Shown: positions 27,631 through 39,316 of the stretch, piece by piece
Numbering within the stretch: position 1 is the first letter of the stretch
How the letters are laid out: each line of letters begins with the position of its first letter
From: Spirochaetia bacterium
Lineage (GTDB): Bacteria; Spirochaetota; Spirochaetia; CAKZLE01
Length of the DNA: 64,000 bases
Assembly: GCA_963677595.1 (NCBI GenBank)
Contig: OY782041.1
Span: forward strand, 1,408,001-1,472,000
Direction: 5' to 3'
Made by a program: the position numbers and the translations under genes
The notes under the pieces: generated by a model
What the model was told of the DNA's origin: nothing
Database searches by the model: none
Seen by the model: only the letters and a program-made list of their open reading frames with translations

Positions 27631-30600
27631 ATGCCTGCAAGAAAAGATATACAATCGATCCTGATCATCGGCAGCGGGCCGATCGTCATCGGGCAGGCCT
27701 GTGAGTTCGACTACTCCGGCACACAGGCAGTGAAGGCACTGAAGGAAGAGGGGTACCGGGTCATCCTCGTGAACCCGAACCCTGCCACGGTCATGACCAC
27801 CCCGGGGATCGCTGACAGCATCTACATGGAACCGCTCTCTGTGGAGTATGTCGAGGAGATCATCAGGAACGAACGGCCTGATGCCGTGCTCACCACGATG
27901 GGCGGGCAGACGGGGCTCAACCTGACGCTCGACCTCGCCAAGGCAGGGATCCTCGAGAAATACGGGGTCGAGGTCATCGGTGCCGGGATCGAATCCATCA
28001 CCCTCGCTGAAGACCGCGGGGAGTTCAAGAAGGTCATCGAGGGCTTGGGGCTCGAGTCCCCCAACTCGGACCTGATCAGGAGCGTCGACGGGGCACTGGC
28101 CTTCAAGGAGAAGATCGGGCTGCCGATCATCATCCGGCCGAGTTATACCCTCGGCGGGTTCGGCGGGAGTATCGCCGAGACGGAGGAGGAGTTCATCCCC
28201 CTCGTGGAAAAGGCCCTCCAGGCCAGCCCCACCCATGAGGCCCTCGTCGAGGAGTCCCTCATCGGCTGGAAGGAGTTCGAGCTCGAGGTCATGCGTGACC
28301 GGGCCGATAACGCCATCATCGTCTGCTCGATCGAGAACATAGACCCCATGGGGGTCCACACCGGCGACAGCATCACCGTGGCACCGATCCAGACCCTCTC
28401 CGACCGGGAATACCAGGTCATGAGGACCGCAGCTATCGACATCCTCAGGGCTGTCGGCGTCGACTGCGGAGGGTCGAACGTGCAGTTCGCCATGAAACCC
28501 GACAGCGACAGGCTCGTGGTCATCGAGATGAACCCGAGAGTATCGCGTTCATCCGCGCTGGCCTCAAAGGCGACCGGCTTCCCGATTGCCCGGTGCTCGG
28601 CCAAGCTCGCCGTGGGCTACACCCTTGATGAGGTTCTCAATGAGATCACCGGCGTGACAGCCTCCTGTTTCGAACCGGTCCTCGATTACTGTGCGGTGAA
28701 GGTGCCCAGGTTCGAGTTGGAGAAGTTCCCCATGGGCTATTCCGCCCTCGGGACCCAGATGAAGAGCGTGGGGGAGACCCTTGCGATCGGCAGGACCCTC
28801 AATGAGGCACTGAACAAGGCGATCCGTGCAACGGAACGGTCCTACCAGGGACTCGGACCCCTCGAAGGTTTCTCTGATGAGGAGCTGGAGAAGATCCTGA
28901 CCTCGGCCCACCCCTTGCGTATCTTCGCCATCTACTCCAAACTCATGGAACTCGGACCCGACGCTGTCGGGGAGCTCTCGGAGAAGACGGGCTACGACAG
29001 GTGGTTCCTCTACCAGATGACCAGGCAGATCGAGCTGGAGAGCTCCATCAAGGCTGCAGGGACAGCGATCACTGCAGACCTTCTTATGCAGGCAAAGAGG
29101 ATGGGCTTTTCTGATACGCATATCGCGAACCTCACCGGGATCCCCGAGCAGGACGTGCGAACCTCACGCCTTGAATCCGGGATCACCCCGGCCTTCCACC
29201 TCGTAGATACCTGTGCCGGCGAGTTCGCCGCACAGACACCCTACTTCTACTCCACCTACGGTGAGATCGATGAGGGGGAACCCATCGGCGAGGGCGGGGT
29301 CATCATCCTGGCAAGCGGTCCCAACCGGATCGGGCAGGGCCTCGAGTTCGACACCTGTTGTACCCTGGCATCCCTTGCCTACCAGGACCACGGGAAGAAG
29401 GCGATCCTCGTCAACTCCAACCCCGAGACCGTCTCCACCGACTTCAACACCTCCGACCGTCTCTATATGGAGCCCCTGACCGCAGAACACGTCATCTCCA
29501 TCATGGAAAAAGAGGGCATCCGGGATGTCGTCGTCCAGCTCGGCGGGCAGACGCCCCTGAACATGGCTGAGACCCTCCAGCAGGCCGGTGCGAATATCAT
29601 CGGGACCCCGATCGAGAGCATCAACGATGCGGAGGACCGGGGCAAGTTCTCAGCCCTCATCACCAGGCTCAAGCTCAGGCAGCCGGAGAACAGGATGGCA
29701 GGTACCAACGAGAAGGTACGTGCGGCAGCCCATGAGATCGGGTTCCCCGTCCTCCTGCGGCCCTCCTTCGTCCTCGGCGGACGGAGCATGTTCATCGCCT
29801 ATAATAACGAAGAGCTTGATGAGTTCCTCCAGAAGGGGATCACGATCTCCGAGGCTGCACCCGTGCTCGTGGACCAGTTCCTCGAGGACGCCTTCGAGTA
29901 CGACCTCGACGCGATCAGCGATGGCTACAATGTCTATATCGGGGGGATCATGCAGCATATCGAGGCTGCAGGGGTCCACTCCGGCGACTCAGCCTGTGTC
30001 TTCCCTCCCTATAAGACTTCTGAGGCGATCAATGAGGAGATGAAGGCTGCGGCTGTCGCGATAGCACGCGAGACCAAGCTGCACGGCTTCCTCAACATCC
30101 AGTTCGCCGTGAAGGACGAGGTCCTCTACATCCTCGAGGTCAACCCGAGGGCTTCCAGGACCATACCCTTCCTCTCCAAGAACTCGAGCGTGAACCTGAT
30201 CGATGCGGTAGTCCAGTCATGGCTCGGCAGGGACCTGAAGGCACAGGGACTCGTCGGGAAGGATGGTATCGGCATGGGAACCTGCACCACCGGCTGGGCG
30301 GTGAAGGAGGCAGTCTTCTCCTTCGACCGGTTCAGCAACATCGACCCGGTACTCGGGCCGGAGATGCGTTCTACCGGAGAGGTCCAGGGTTCAGGCAAGA
30401 CCTTCGGTGAGGCGTTCGCCAAGTCGCAGATCGGGGCCGGGAACCGGCTTCCCCACCAGGGGAAGGTCTTCATCTCCGTCAACAAGCGGGACCGGAAGAC
30501 CATCATCCCCATCGCGCGGGCCTTCGAGCAGCTCGGCTTCTCGATCACGGCGACCAGGGGGACTGCACGGGACCTCTATGATGCCGGGATCCTCTGCGAG

Positions 30601-30852
30601 GTCATCCTCAAGGTACATGAGGGCCACCCGAACATCATCGACAACATCAGGAACCGGAAGATCGACCTGGTCATCAATACCCCCATGGGCTTCATGGCCA
30701 AGAAGAGTGATGATGACATCAGGACCGAGGCCATGAGGATGAAGGTCCCCTACACTACCACGACCAGTGCGGCCGAAGCGGCTATCGCGGCGATCAGGCA
30801 CCTCAACACCACGATCCCGCTGGTCAAGAGACTCCCGGAGTACCGGCAGTAG
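27631..30852 (+). CDS. carB: Carbamoyl-phosphate synthase large subunit
   Basis: [35 protein letters not shown], duplicated ATP-grasp, C-terminal MGS domain. Confidence 0.98.
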   Translation: MPARKDIQSILIIGSGPIVIGQACEFDYSGTQAVKALKEEGYRVILVNPNPATVMTTPGIADSIYMEPLSVEYVEEIIRNERPDAVLTTMGGQTGLNLTLDLAKAGILEKYGVEVIGAGIESITLAEDRGEFKKVIEGLGLESPNSDLIRSVDGALAFKEKIGLPIIIRPSYTLGGFGGSIAETEEEFIPLVEKALQASPTHEALVEESLIGWKEFELEVMRDRADNAIIVCSIENIDPMGVHTGDSITVAPIQTLSDREYQVMRTAAIDILRAVGVDCGGSNVQFAMKPDSDRLVVIEMNPRVSRSSALASKATGFPIARCSAKLAVGYTLDEVLNEITGVTASCFEPVLDYCAVKVPRFELEKFPMGYSALGTQMKSVGETLAIGRTLNEALNKAIRATERSYQGLGPLEGFSDEELEKILTSAHPLRIFAIYSKLMELGPDAVGELSEKTGYDRWFLYQMTRQIELESSIKAAGTAITADLLMQAKRMGFSDTHIANLTGIPEQDVRTSRLESGITPAFHLVDTCAGEFAAQTPYFYSTYGEIDEGEPIGEGGVIILASGPNRIGQGLEFDTCCTLASLAYQDHGKKAILVNSNPETVSTDFNTSDRLYMEPLTAEHVISIMEKEGIRDVVVQLGGQTPLNMAETLQQAGANIIGTPIESINDAEDRGKFSALITRLKLRQPENRMAGTNEKVRAAAHEIGFPVLLRPSFVLGGRSMFIAYNNEELDEFLQKGITISEAAPVLVDQFLEDAFEYDLDAISDGYNVYIGGIMQHIEAAGVHSGDSACVFPPYKTSEAINEEMKAAAVAIARETKLHGFLNIQFAVKDEVLYILEVNPRASRTIPFLSKNSSVNLIDAVVQSWLGRDLKAQGLVGKDGIGMGTCTTGWAVKEAVFSFDRFSNIDPVLGPEMRSTGEVQGSGKTFGEAFAKSQIGAGNRLPHQGKVFISVNKRDRKTIIPIARAFEQLGFSITATRGTARDLYDAGILCEVILKVHEGHPNIIDNIRNRKIDLVINTPMGFMAKKSDDDIRTEAMRMKVPYTTTTSAAEAAIAAIRHLNTTIPLVKRLPEYRQ

Positions 30853-30875
30853 CCCTTTTTCGCTGAGATTGACAG

Positions 30876-30907
30876 AGGCTGCCCGTGTTCGGGCAGCCTT
30901 CTTCTTG
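30876..30907 (+). terminator. Intrinsic terminator after carB
   Basis: AGGCTGCCCG-TGTT-CGGGCAGCCT then TCTTCTT. Confidence 0.8.
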
Positions 30908-31000
30908 TGTCGGGGTATAAAAGCGGTTTTGCGTGAGAATTCTCTTGTACACTTCATGAGGATGTTCTATGCTTTTAGAAAATGACTAGTGTGGGGAGTC

Positions 31001-32662
31001 ATGAGTTCTAAAGGTAACTGGCTGAAACTGGCAGTCCATATTCTCTTTATTGTGCTGGTGGTCATCCTGGTGGGCCTGTTCATGTCCATCAGCAGCGATG
31101 CCTACCGGCTTGATACGCACATACAACCGCTCAATGAAGGTTGGACGGTCACCTACGGCGACACGGTCATCGAGGATGCGACACTCCCCATGGAGCTTGA
31201 TGTCCCCCCAGGGACCCCCTACACGATAACCCAGGATGCTGTGTATGCCCAGAAGTCCGCCTCGACCCTGCGGATCAGGGCCTCGATGATGAGCATCACC
31301 GTCCGCATCGGGGGTGATATCATCTTCTCCGAGGACATCACGGAGCAGGATTCATGGTTCCATGACCCCTATGCGAGCGTCTGGCACTTCATCCATATCC
31401 CGGAGGAGCGGTACGGACAGCCGCTGAGCATCACCTTCATCTCCCCCTTGAGCGAGTTCTCTGGAACGTTGAATGCCGTCTATTACGGAGCCGGGGTCTC
31501 CCTGCTCACTGCCGCGATCCGAGAGCGGATCGTCGATTTCTTCATCGCCCTCTTCCTGATCATGGCGGGCTTCGTGTTCATCTTCACCACCCCGCTCACA
31601 AACAGGCTCAATGGTGATGCACGCATCCTCTACCTAGGGGAATTCGCCATCATCATCGGGTTCTGGCTCCTCTCGGAAACCAGGTTCCTGCAGATCTTCA
31701 CCGGGAACCGCTTCCTCATCGGCAGCCTGGGGTATCTATGCGTCGCGCTCATCCCCATCCCGCTGATGCTCTATATTCGCGGGATCGTGCAGAAACGGCT
31801 GCGGAAGGTGTTCACCATCCTGGCGATCGGGTTCGCCATCCTCTTTCTCCATATCATCTATCTGCAGGTGACGGGGAAGGCCTTCTATATCGAGATCACC
31901 CAGTTCTCCCTGATCTTTCTGGTTGCCGCAGCCATCTTCATCATCGGGGTGCTGATCTATGAGACCATACGGCATGCCAACCAGGCTGCCAAACGGTTCC
32001 TGCGCCACTTCATCGTCCTCTTCGTCTTTGCCTCCCTGGAGATCATCTTCTTCTTCCTCAGGCTCTATGACTTCCAGTCGAACTTCATCTCGATCGGCAT
32101 CATGATCTTCTACCTGCTCCTTGCCTATGACTCAGTGGGGTATATCAACGACCTGCTGGTAAAGAAGAATGAGTCCGCCTTCTTCGAACGCCTGGCTTAC
32201 CGCGACCACCTGACGGGAGGGGCCAACAGGACTGCCTTCGAACGGGATCTGGAAGCATATCTGGGGAAGGAGCACACAGCAAGCTTCAGGCTCGTACTCT
32301 TCGACCTGAATGAGCTGAAGAAGCTCAATGACACCTACGGCCATGTGGTCGGGGACCAGGCGCTGACTGCCGTTTTCGAGGCCCTGGAGGCCTCGTTCGG
32401 GACCTACGGGAGGTGCTACCGGATCAGCGGAGATGAGTTCGCCGCCCTGGTCGAGAATACCAGCGATGAGGTATTCACGGAATCGTCGGCTATGCTGAAG
32501 CAGGAGCTCCTCCTCAGGTCTGCCGGGCTGCCCCAGCTCCTTGAGGTCGCCCTCGGCTCCGATGTCTACAGCAAGGCCCATGAGATGAGCTTCGATGAGT
32601 TCTACCACACCGTCGACCAGAGGATGTACGAGAACAAACGGTCCATGAAACAGAAGAGCTGA
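31001..32662 (+). CDS. Multi-TM sensor diguanylate cyclase (SGDEF variant)
   Basis: Extracytoplasmic domain, about 7 TM helices, DHLTGGANR, NDTYGHVVGD, YRISGDEF. Confidence 0.87.
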   Translation: MSSKGNWLKLAVHILFIVLVVILVGLFMSISSDAYRLDTHIQPLNEGWTVTYGDTVIEDATLPMELDVPPGTPYTITQDAVYAQKSASTLRIRASMMSITVRIGGDIIFSEDITEQDSWFHDPYASVWHFIHIPEERYGQPLSITFISPLSEFSGTLNAVYYGAGVSLLTAAIRERIVDFFIALFLIMAGFVFIFTTPLTNRLNGDARILYLGEFAIIIGFWLLSETRFLQIFTGNRFLIGSLGYLCVALIPIPLMLYIRGIVQKRLRKVFTILAIGFAILFLHIIYLQVTGKAFYIEITQFSLIFLVAAAIFIIGVLIYETIRHANQAAKRFLRHFIVLFVFASLEIIFFFLRLYDFQSNFISIGIMIFYLLLAYDSVGYINDLLVKKNESAFFERLAYRDHLTGGANRTAFERDLEAYLGKEHTASFRLVLFDLNELKKLNDTYGHVVGDQALTAVFEALEASFGTYGRCYRISGDEFAALVENTSDEVFTESSAMLKQELLLRSAGLPQLLEVALGSDVYSKAHEMSFDEFYHTVDQRMYENKRSMKQKS

Positions 32663-32714
32663 TACCCCATCAGGAGTATCAGCTCTTCATGATCTATCTA
32701 CATGGTATGTATCA

Positions 32715-34586
32715 CTACAGGATCTTGGCAAGCACCTCGCTCAATCGGGAAGCGAACTCCGCGGGATTCTTGATCATGACCCCCTCGGCAAGCATCGCCT
32801 GGTCAAGCAGGATATTGCTGACATCCTTCACCATCTCCTCATCGCTGATCTCAGCGATCCTCTGCAGGATCGCATGGTCGGGGTTCACCTCGAGGATAGG
32901 GGTGAACTCCGGCATCTCGGTCTGTCCCATGGCTTTCAGCATCTGCTGCATCTGCACGGTGGGGTCGTTCTCGTCAACGACGACACAGGCAGGAGCCTCT
33001 TCGAGCCTTGTGGATGCGATGACATCCTTGACCCGCTCACCGAGTGCCTCCTTGATCTTCTCAAGCACCGGTTTGGCAGCCTCTTCCTTCTGCTTGTCCT
33101 CTTCGGTCTTGATGTCATCGGCTGCACCGGACTTGTTGATTGCCTTCAGGTCGAGGTCCTGGAACTTCCCGATGGTAGGGATCACGATGTCATCGATCTC
33201 ATCATCCATGATGAGGACCTCGTACCCCTTGTTGGTGTATCCCTTGATCAGCGGGGAACGCCTGAGCGTCTCCTCATTGCCGCCGGCGATATAGTAGATC
33301 GCCTTCTGGTCCTCACCCATCCGCTCCTTGTAGGCTGAAAGGCTGGTATAGCCTTCGGACTCAGTGGTCTTGAAACGTACGAGCTCGAGCAGGGTGTCTT
33401 TGTTTGCATGATCGGAGTAGAGGCCCTCCTTGAGCGGACGGTTGAACTCCTTGATGAACTCATCGTACTTCTCGGGCGTGTTCTCCGATACCTTCTTGAA
33501 CTCACCGAGCAGCTTCTTCACGGAAGCTGACTTGATGTTCGACATGACCCGGTTCTGCTGCAGGATCTCTCTCGAGACGTTGAGGGGAAGGTCCTCGGAG
33601 TCGATGACACCCTTCACGAACCTCAGGTAGGGAGGAAGCAGCTCCTTCTCGTCGTCCGTGATATAGACACGCTTCACGTAGAGCTTCACGCCGGGCTTGT
33701 AGTCAGCCTGGTAGAGGTCGAACGGGGCCTTCTTCGGGATATAGAAGAGGGTGGTGTACTCAATGGCACCTTCTGCCTTCGTGTGGAGATAGAAGAGCGC
33801 GTCCTCGTAGTCGTAGGAGAGGCTCTTGTAGAACTCCTGGTACTCCTCATCGGTCAGTTCCGATTTTGATCGCTTCCAGAGGGCCGCTGCCGTGTTGACC
33901 TGCTCGATCTTGTGCTCGACCTTCTTCTCCTTATTATCCTCGCCCTCGTAGGACTCCTGGTCATACTCGAGGAAGATCGGGAATGCGATATGGTCGGAGT
34001 ACTTCTTCACGAGCTGCTCGATCTGCCACCTGTTGGCATACTCCTCGCCCTCGCTGTTGAGTTCGATGATGATCGTCGTACCCTGCTCTTCCCGCTCGGC
34101 CTCCTCGACCTTGTAGGAGTTCTTGCCGTCACTGCTCCATTTCCAGGCCTGGTCCGTCCCTGCCTTCTTCGTGATCACGTCCACATGGTCGGCGACCATG
34201 AAGCAGGAGTAGAAGCCGACACCAAACTGTCCGATGAGGTTTGCATCCTTCTTCGCATCCTCATGCATCGACTTGAGGAACTTCTTAGTCCCTGACCGTG
34301 CGATGGTACCGAGCTGGGTATCGAGGTCATCGGCATCCATCCCGATGCCGTTGTCCCGGAGGGTGATGGTCCGCTTATCGCCTTCGGAGAAGGTGATATC
34401 GATCCGGGGTGAGAAAGCCAGCCCCTTGAACTCTTCCTCGGTCAGGGTCAGGTACTTGAGTTTGTCCAGTGCATCGGAAGCATTGGAGATGAGCTCCCGC
34501 AGGAAGATCTCCTTGTGGGAGTAGAGTGAGTGGATGATCAACTCCAGCAGCTGATTCACTTCGGTCTTGAAACGTTTCTGGGCCAT
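32715..34586 (-). CDS. htpG: Chaperone HtpG (Hsp90)
   Basis: YSHKEIFLRELISNASDALDK, IGQFGVGFYS, LPLNVSREILQ. Confidence 0.98.
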   Translation of the reverse strand: MAQKRFKTEVNQLLELIIHSLYSHKEIFLRELISNASDALDKLKYLTLTEEEFKGLAFSPRIDITFSEGDKRTITLRDNGIGMDADDLDTQLGTIARSGTKKFLKSMHEDAKKDANLIGQFGVGFYSCFMVADHVDVITKKAGTDQAWKWSSDGKNSYKVEEAEREEQGTTIIIELNSEGEEYANRWQIEQLVKKYSDHIAFPIFLEYDQESYEGEDNKEKKVEHKIEQVNTAAALWKRSKSELTDEEYQEFYKSLSYDYEDALFYLHTKAEGAIEYTTLFYIPKKAPFDLYQADYKPGVKLYVKRVYITDDEKELLPPYLRFVKGVIDSEDLPLNVSREILQQNRVMSNIKSASVKKLLGEFKKVSENTPEKYDEFIKEFNRPLKEGLYSDHANKDTLLELVRFKTTESEGYTSLSAYKERMGEDQKAIYYIAGGNEETLRRSPLIKGYTNKGYEVLIMDDEIDDIVIPTIGKFQDLDLKAINKSGAADDIKTEEDKQKEEAAKPVLEKIKEALGERVKDVIASTRLEEAPACVVVDENDPTVQMQQMLKAMGQTEMPEFTPILEVNPDHAILQRIAEISDEEMVKDVSNILLDQAMLAEGVMIKNPAEFASRLSEVLAKIL

Positions 34587-34771
34587 GTGCAAAAACTCCT
34601 TATGGATTCGTACAAAATAATCTGTAGTATGGTCGCGACTCGCAACCGTAAAAAACATACTAATTTTATACCTCAGGGGCAAGTACATCTCCGGGTTTTC
34701 ACCGGTTTTTCCGCATCGGCACCTGCCTGAACACCGAATATAGCAGTATACTTGCAGAAGAAGGGGTCTTT

Positions 34772-35422
34772 ATGGTACACAGGCACACCTCCCCGCGGAG
34801 GGTCATCCGTGCGATCCTCATCCTGCTCATCTCACTGATCGTCCTCTACGGGGCAGCCCTTGCGGTTGGGGCCCTTATCCCGACCGGGAGGCAGCCACCT
34901 TCTGAAGCAGACTCCTTCATCTACCTGGTCGACAACGGCGTCCATGTGGAGCTCTGCCTTCCTGCAGGGAGGGCGCCGGAATCGCTCCCTTCCCTCCTCG
35001 GGCAGCAGGAGAAGCCGTTCCTCTACTGCTTCGGCTGGGGCGACCGGTACTTCTATCCCGGGACCCCGTCATTATCAGATATGGAGCTCCTCCCCAGCCT
35101 GAAGGCGATCTTCCTCCCCACAGGAGGGGCGATCGGGATCACCTGGTACGGGAACTACCTGATCGAGGGAGAGCATGTGCACAGGATCGAAGTCTCATTC
35201 GAACAGATCGACTTACTCTATGGGTTCATCCTCTCCTACCTCACGGCAGCAGCCTTACCTGATGAGAACGTCTCCCCCGGATATGATGAGATCCGGTTCT
35301 TCGAGGCAGGGGGAACCTACAGCCTCTTCTTCACCTGCAACAACTGGACGAATCGGGCCTTGCGGCATGCGGGGATTCCGTCACATCTGTGGACTCCGAC
35401 AACATGGGGGGTCGGGCCGTAG
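34772..35422 (+). CDS. DUF2459-like membrane-anchored protein
   Basis: NGVHVE, FGWGDRYFY, YSLFFTCNNWTNRAL, LWTP. Confidence 0.75.
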   Translation: MVHRHTSPRRVIRAILILLISLIVLYGAALAVGALIPTGRQPPSEADSFIYLVDNGVHVELCLPAGRAPESLPSLLGQQEKPFLYCFGWGDRYFYPGTPSLSDMELLPSLKAIFLPTGGAIGITWYGNYLIEGEHVHRIEVSFEQIDLLYGFILSYLTAAALPDENVSPGYDEIRFFEAGGTYSLFFTCNNWTNRALRHAGIPSHLWTPTTWGVGP

Positions 35423-35427
35423 GGGGG

Positions 35428-36555
35428 CTAGCAGAACCGCCTCAGTATACCGTCCACTGCAGTCTGGTTCACATAGGGGTCGCGCCACACGGCACAGATG
35501 ATATCTGCTCTGCCGACCTGATCGGCGATCGTATCCAATACATAGGGATCTGAGTCAGGATCGAGGAATACCTGGATCTTCTTCCCGGCAGCAGCGATCT
35601 TCCTGAACACCCCGGGCCACTCTGAGAGCGGGGCTGAACCCTCTCCGGGGATCCACTGGATCCCCTGGAGCTTCTCGATATCGAGCAGCATATCAAGATG
35701 GGCTAACTGCCCGGTCCCGTCAAGATGGTAGAATGGGCGTTCCAGGAGGTCACAGGCTGCCTTTAATTCATCCAGGATGAACTTCTCGAACATTTCCGGG
35801 CCGATCATGTAGGCCAGGTCGCACTGCAGCATGTAGTAACTCTTCTTCGAGAGGAGAGGCGTCCAGCAGGTATACCCCGGTGTGATCTCATTGATGATCG
35901 CTGCATACTCACTGAAGACGCGCTTCCACGCTTCGTGAACCCGCCATATCTGCTGTCTCACGACCTCCGGCTCATCGTAGAAGTCCAAAAGCAGCATACC
36001 GCCGGGTGAGAACGAGTTCAGGATATCGGCAGTCCCCCCGATATCTGTCATACCGACCTGGAACAACCCCTTCGGCAGGATCTCAGCCAGCCGGGTATAG
36101 ATCTGCCTCAGCAGTACGAACCAGTGGTTCTGGGGATCGAGTGCAAAGGCCCGATCCTTCAGCGGGACCCGATCCTCTGGTTCGAACCAGACTGACCCGC
36201 TGACATTCTTCGATACGGCTCCCAGCATCGCCGCAAGCACCCCTGCACCGAATTGGGGGAACCGCTGCGGGAAGCCGTCCCCGTAACAGCGCATCGCATC
36301 AAGGTCATAGAGCATCGCGATGATCATGGAATCGATGGTGGTCCCGTCAGGATGATAGGTCCAGAACCTCTGGTAGGGGATCAGGCCCTCGTCATAGGCA
36401 AGGTCAGTCCTGGGGTTCGAGAAGTGGAGCAGCGGCCTGCCAAGGCTTCCTGCCCACCAGGACTCATATACGGACAGCTTCTGCTGCCAGTATGCGGCAT
36501 CATATTTGGATATATAGGAATCGATCAATCGTGAGATCGTCTGCTGCAGACTCAT
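35428..36555 (-). CDS. Uroporphyrinogen decarboxylase (URO-D/CIMS)-like protein
   Basis: LQCDLAYMIGPEMFEKF, YHLDG, IQWIPGEG. Confidence 0.72.
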   Translation of the reverse strand: MSLQQTISRLIDSYISKYDAAYWQQKLSVYESWWAGSLGRPLLHFSNPRTDLAYDEGLIPYQRFWTYHPDGTTIDSMIIAMLYDLDAMRCYGDGFPQRFPQFGAGVLAAMLGAVSKNVSGSVWFEPEDRVPLKDRAFALDPQNHWFVLLRQIYTRLAEILPKGLFQVGMTDIGGTADILNSFSPGGMLLLDFYDEPEVVRQQIWRVHEAWKRVFSEYAAIINEITPGYTCWTPLLSKKSYYMLQCDLAYMIGPEMFEKFILDELKAACDLLERPFYHLDGTGQLAHLDMLLDIEKLQGIQWIPGEGSAPLSEWPGVFRKIAAAGKKIQVFLDPDSDPYVLDTIADQVGRADIICAVWRDPYVNQTAVDGILRRFC

Positions 36556-36649
36556 ACAACTCCTCCCTAGTTATCATTTTCTCTTATCTTATAGCATAAT
36601 AATTCCTGCTTCATTGCAGATTCTCTGAAATATGTTATCATTTTTTCAT

Positions 36650-37486
36650 ATGAGTAGAGTCAAGTTATCATTCCCCCCAGGACAGAGCGGGTATCTCTTC
36701 TTCACTGGCTGGGATACTGATCTGCGGTATCCCCACAGTCATGAGGATCTGGAATTGAACATCATCGAATCAGGCGAGGTGGTCTACCTCATTGACAGCA
36801 AGCAGTACACGCTTACTGCCGGGAGTTGTCTCTGGCTCTTCCCGGACCAGGAGCATCAGATCATCCAGAAGTCCCCGGAATTGTCCATGCTGGTCCTGGT
36901 CTTCAGGGCAGCCTCACTGCAGCGCATGGTCACCTCAGAGACGGCAGCACCCCTCGTGGACAGGCAGCAGGAACACGTCATGTGCCGCAAGCTCACCACT
37001 TCCGGGGTAAAGGAGGTTCTCAGGACTGCACGAAGGCTCATCGAACATGACGGGTTCCTCGAGTATCGGGAAGCAGGGATCACATGGCTCCTGTTCTCTG
37101 TCTGGGAGTTGTTCCTGGAAGCTGAGATAATACAGGGGAAGGCTTGTCATTGGGCAGTCGAGCAGGCGCTCAAACTCATCGAGGCTGACCTCTCCCTCCA
37201 GATACCGGAGGTATGTGCCAGGTTGAACGTCTCCCAGGGATACCTCAGCAGCCTGTTCCACCAGGAGTTGGGCATGACCATACCACAATACAGGAATCGG
37301 AGACGGGTAGAAGACTTCCTAATGCTCTATGAACCACAGAAGACTATTCTTGATTGTGCTCTCGAGGCTGGGTTCGGCAGCTATGCCCAATTCTACCGGG
37401 TCTTCTCAAGAATGCTGGGAACATCCCCCCAGGATCACTTCAGGGAAGCTGTTGATGGTAAACACGACCATCGCAGGGATGTATAG
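36650..37486 (+). CDS. AraC family transcriptional regulator
   Basis: Cupin HSHEDLE; C-terminal ALEAGFGSYAQFYRVF...SP. Divergent from the URO-D-like gene. Confidence 0.9.
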   Translation: MSRVKLSFPPGQSGYLFFTGWDTDLRYPHSHEDLELNIIESGEVVYLIDSKQYTLTAGSCLWLFPDQEHQIIQKSPELSMLVLVFRAASLQRMVTSETAAPLVDRQQEHVMCRKLTTSGVKEVLRTARRLIEHDGFLEYREAGITWLLFSVWELFLEAEIIQGKACHWAVEQALKLIEADLSLQIPEVCARLNVSQGYLSSLFHQELGMTIPQYRNRRRVEDFLMLYEPQKTILDCALEAGFGSYAQFYRVFSRMLGTSPQDHFREAVDGKHDHRRDV

Positions 37487-37725
37487 CTCTGGAATTCATC
37501 ATTGCCTCATTCAGGCACCTCACCAGGATCTCTTCTGTAAGATCCAGTCGAAGTTTCAGTGTGTCCAATGGGTGTTCAGGGTAGCAGGTATTATACTGAT
37601 CGACTAGCTCCCAGGTCCCTACTTCATATGTCGGTAACACCATGTGTCGTATTCCTCCATTTCAATGCTTACTATACTTCCATCTGCTCATATGTGATTT
37701 CTCCTGGTTATTTCAGGGATAAAGA

Positions 37726-37760
37726 CTCCCTGCCCTCATCCCAATAATGAGGACAGGGAG
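37726..37760 (-). terminator. Terminator after tctA
   Basis: 14-bp stem CTCCCTG(T)CCTCAT / ATGAGG(G)CAGGGAG on the minus strand, followed by TCTTT. Confidence 0.7.
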
Positions 37761-37798
37761 CACACAGTGGGTATATATCAACAAACTATCACATCATG

Positions 37799-39304
37799 TC
37801 ATTCTTCTTCAGCATCCTGCGCGAACTGCTCGATCTTCTTATTCTGGTGGTACATGACAACGAACAGGAGGACCGAGATGATGATGAATGTCAAACAGAC
37901 AGGCCTGGTAATGAAGATCAGGAGCGATCCATTCCCCATGACGAAAGACCCATCCAGATTGAACTCGATGATAGGGCCTAAGATGAACCCTAAGATGAAG
38001 GGGGCACCGCTTGCCCCGAATTTCTGGAGCCAATAGTAGAGATACCCGAAACCGATGAGGATCCCGATATCAAAGACCCGCTGCTGGAAACTGAAACTCC
38101 CGATGATGCAGAAGACGACCAGAATCGGCAGCAGGAGGGTATTCGGGATGTTGATGATCTTCTTGAAAAGTCGCAGGAGATACCGCCCCTCCAGCAGGAG
38201 GAAGAACTGGATCACGATGAACCCGAAGATGATCCCATAGAAGTACTGTGCCTGGTTCTCTATCATCAATGGACCGGGGATGATCCCCTGAAGGGTCAAA
38301 GCCCCCAGCAGGATGGAAGAGACCACATTACCCGGTATGCCAAGCGTCAGGAGCGGGATGAATGCAGATGCACAGACTGCATTGTTCGAAGACTCAGGAG
38401 CAATGATACCCTGCAGCTCTCCCTTCCCGAAGGTCTGGGGATGCTTGGAGGACCTTTTGGCTTCTGTATATGCAAGGAATGACGCGATCGAGATACCTGC
38501 ACCAGGGACTGCCCCAATGAAACTTCCTATGAATGAGGACTTGATCATTGTCTTGATGCTTTTAAAGAAGTCGGATACATGAAAGATATCATCTGCCTGT
38601 TTGGCAAAGGTCTCCTTATTATAGATGCTGTCCTGTGACATGATCCCGCGAAGGACCAGGGTCAGGGCAAAGATACCCAGCAGGACCGGAAGGTTTCCCA
38701 GGCCGCCCATCAGCTCGACCCGATCAAACGCGAAGCGGGTTACTCCCGAAAGGGGGTTCATCCCGACAACCGAACAGAGCAGGCCGAGGGAAGCACTGAT
38801 GAAGCCAGTAAGAGGATTACTCCCGCCCACCCCTGAGATGATAGCTATCCCCAGTAAGGCCACTGCGAAGTATTCCGGAGGCCCAAGATGAATTGCCGCT
38901 TTTGATAATAACGGGCTGGCAACCAGCAGGAGGACACTCCCAAAGATCCCCCCGAAAACGGAGGCATACAATGCGGCTTTCAGCGCCTTGTTCGGCTGAC
39001 CTTTCCGGGCAAGTGCATGTCCATCCACGACGGTAGCAGCTGCCCCTCCTGTTCCCGGTGTCCCTATCAGGATTGCGGAGATCGAGCCTCCATAGGTAGA
39101 CCCGTTATAGATACCCAATAAGAACAGGATCCCTGCCATCGGGTTGCTCATGGAGAATGTCAGGGGCAGCAGCACGACGATGGCGATCGCCCCTGTCAGC
39201 CCCGGGATGGCTCCGAACACGATACCTATGAAGACACCGATGACCATGAAAATGATGTTCTGGAGCGATAAGATGAATAACAGGCTATCTAACAGTACAT
39301 GCAT
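37799..39304 (-). CDS. tctA: Tripartite tricarboxylate transporter large permease
   Basis: GAIPGL, YGGSISAILIGTPGT, APESSNNA, IPLLTLGIPG. Confidence 0.93.
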   Translation of the reverse strand: MHVLLDSLLFILSLQNIIFMVIGVFIGIVFGAIPGLTGAIAIVVLLPLTFSMSNPMAGILFLLGIYNGSTYGGSISAILIGTPGTGGAAATVVDGHALARKGQPNKALKAALYASVFGGIFGSVLLLVASPLLSKAAIHLGPPEYFAVALLGIAIISGVGGSNPLTGFISASLGLLCSVVGMNPLSGVTRFAFDRVELMGGLGNLPVLLGIFALTLVLRGIMSQDSIYNKETFAKQADDIFHVSDFFKSIKTMIKSSFIGSFIGAVPGAGISIASFLAYTEAKRSSKHPQTFGKGELQGIIAPESSNNAVCASAFIPLLTLGIPGNVVSSILLGALTLQGIIPGPLMIENQAQYFYGIIFGFIVIQFFLLLEGRYLLRLFKKIINIPNTLLLPILVVFCIIGSFSFQQRVFDIGILIGFGYLYYWLQKFGASGAPFILGFILGPIIEFNLDGSFVMGNGSLLIFITRPVCLTFIIISVLLFVVMYHQNKKIEQFAQDAEEE

Positions 39305-39316
39305 GATGATCCTCCC

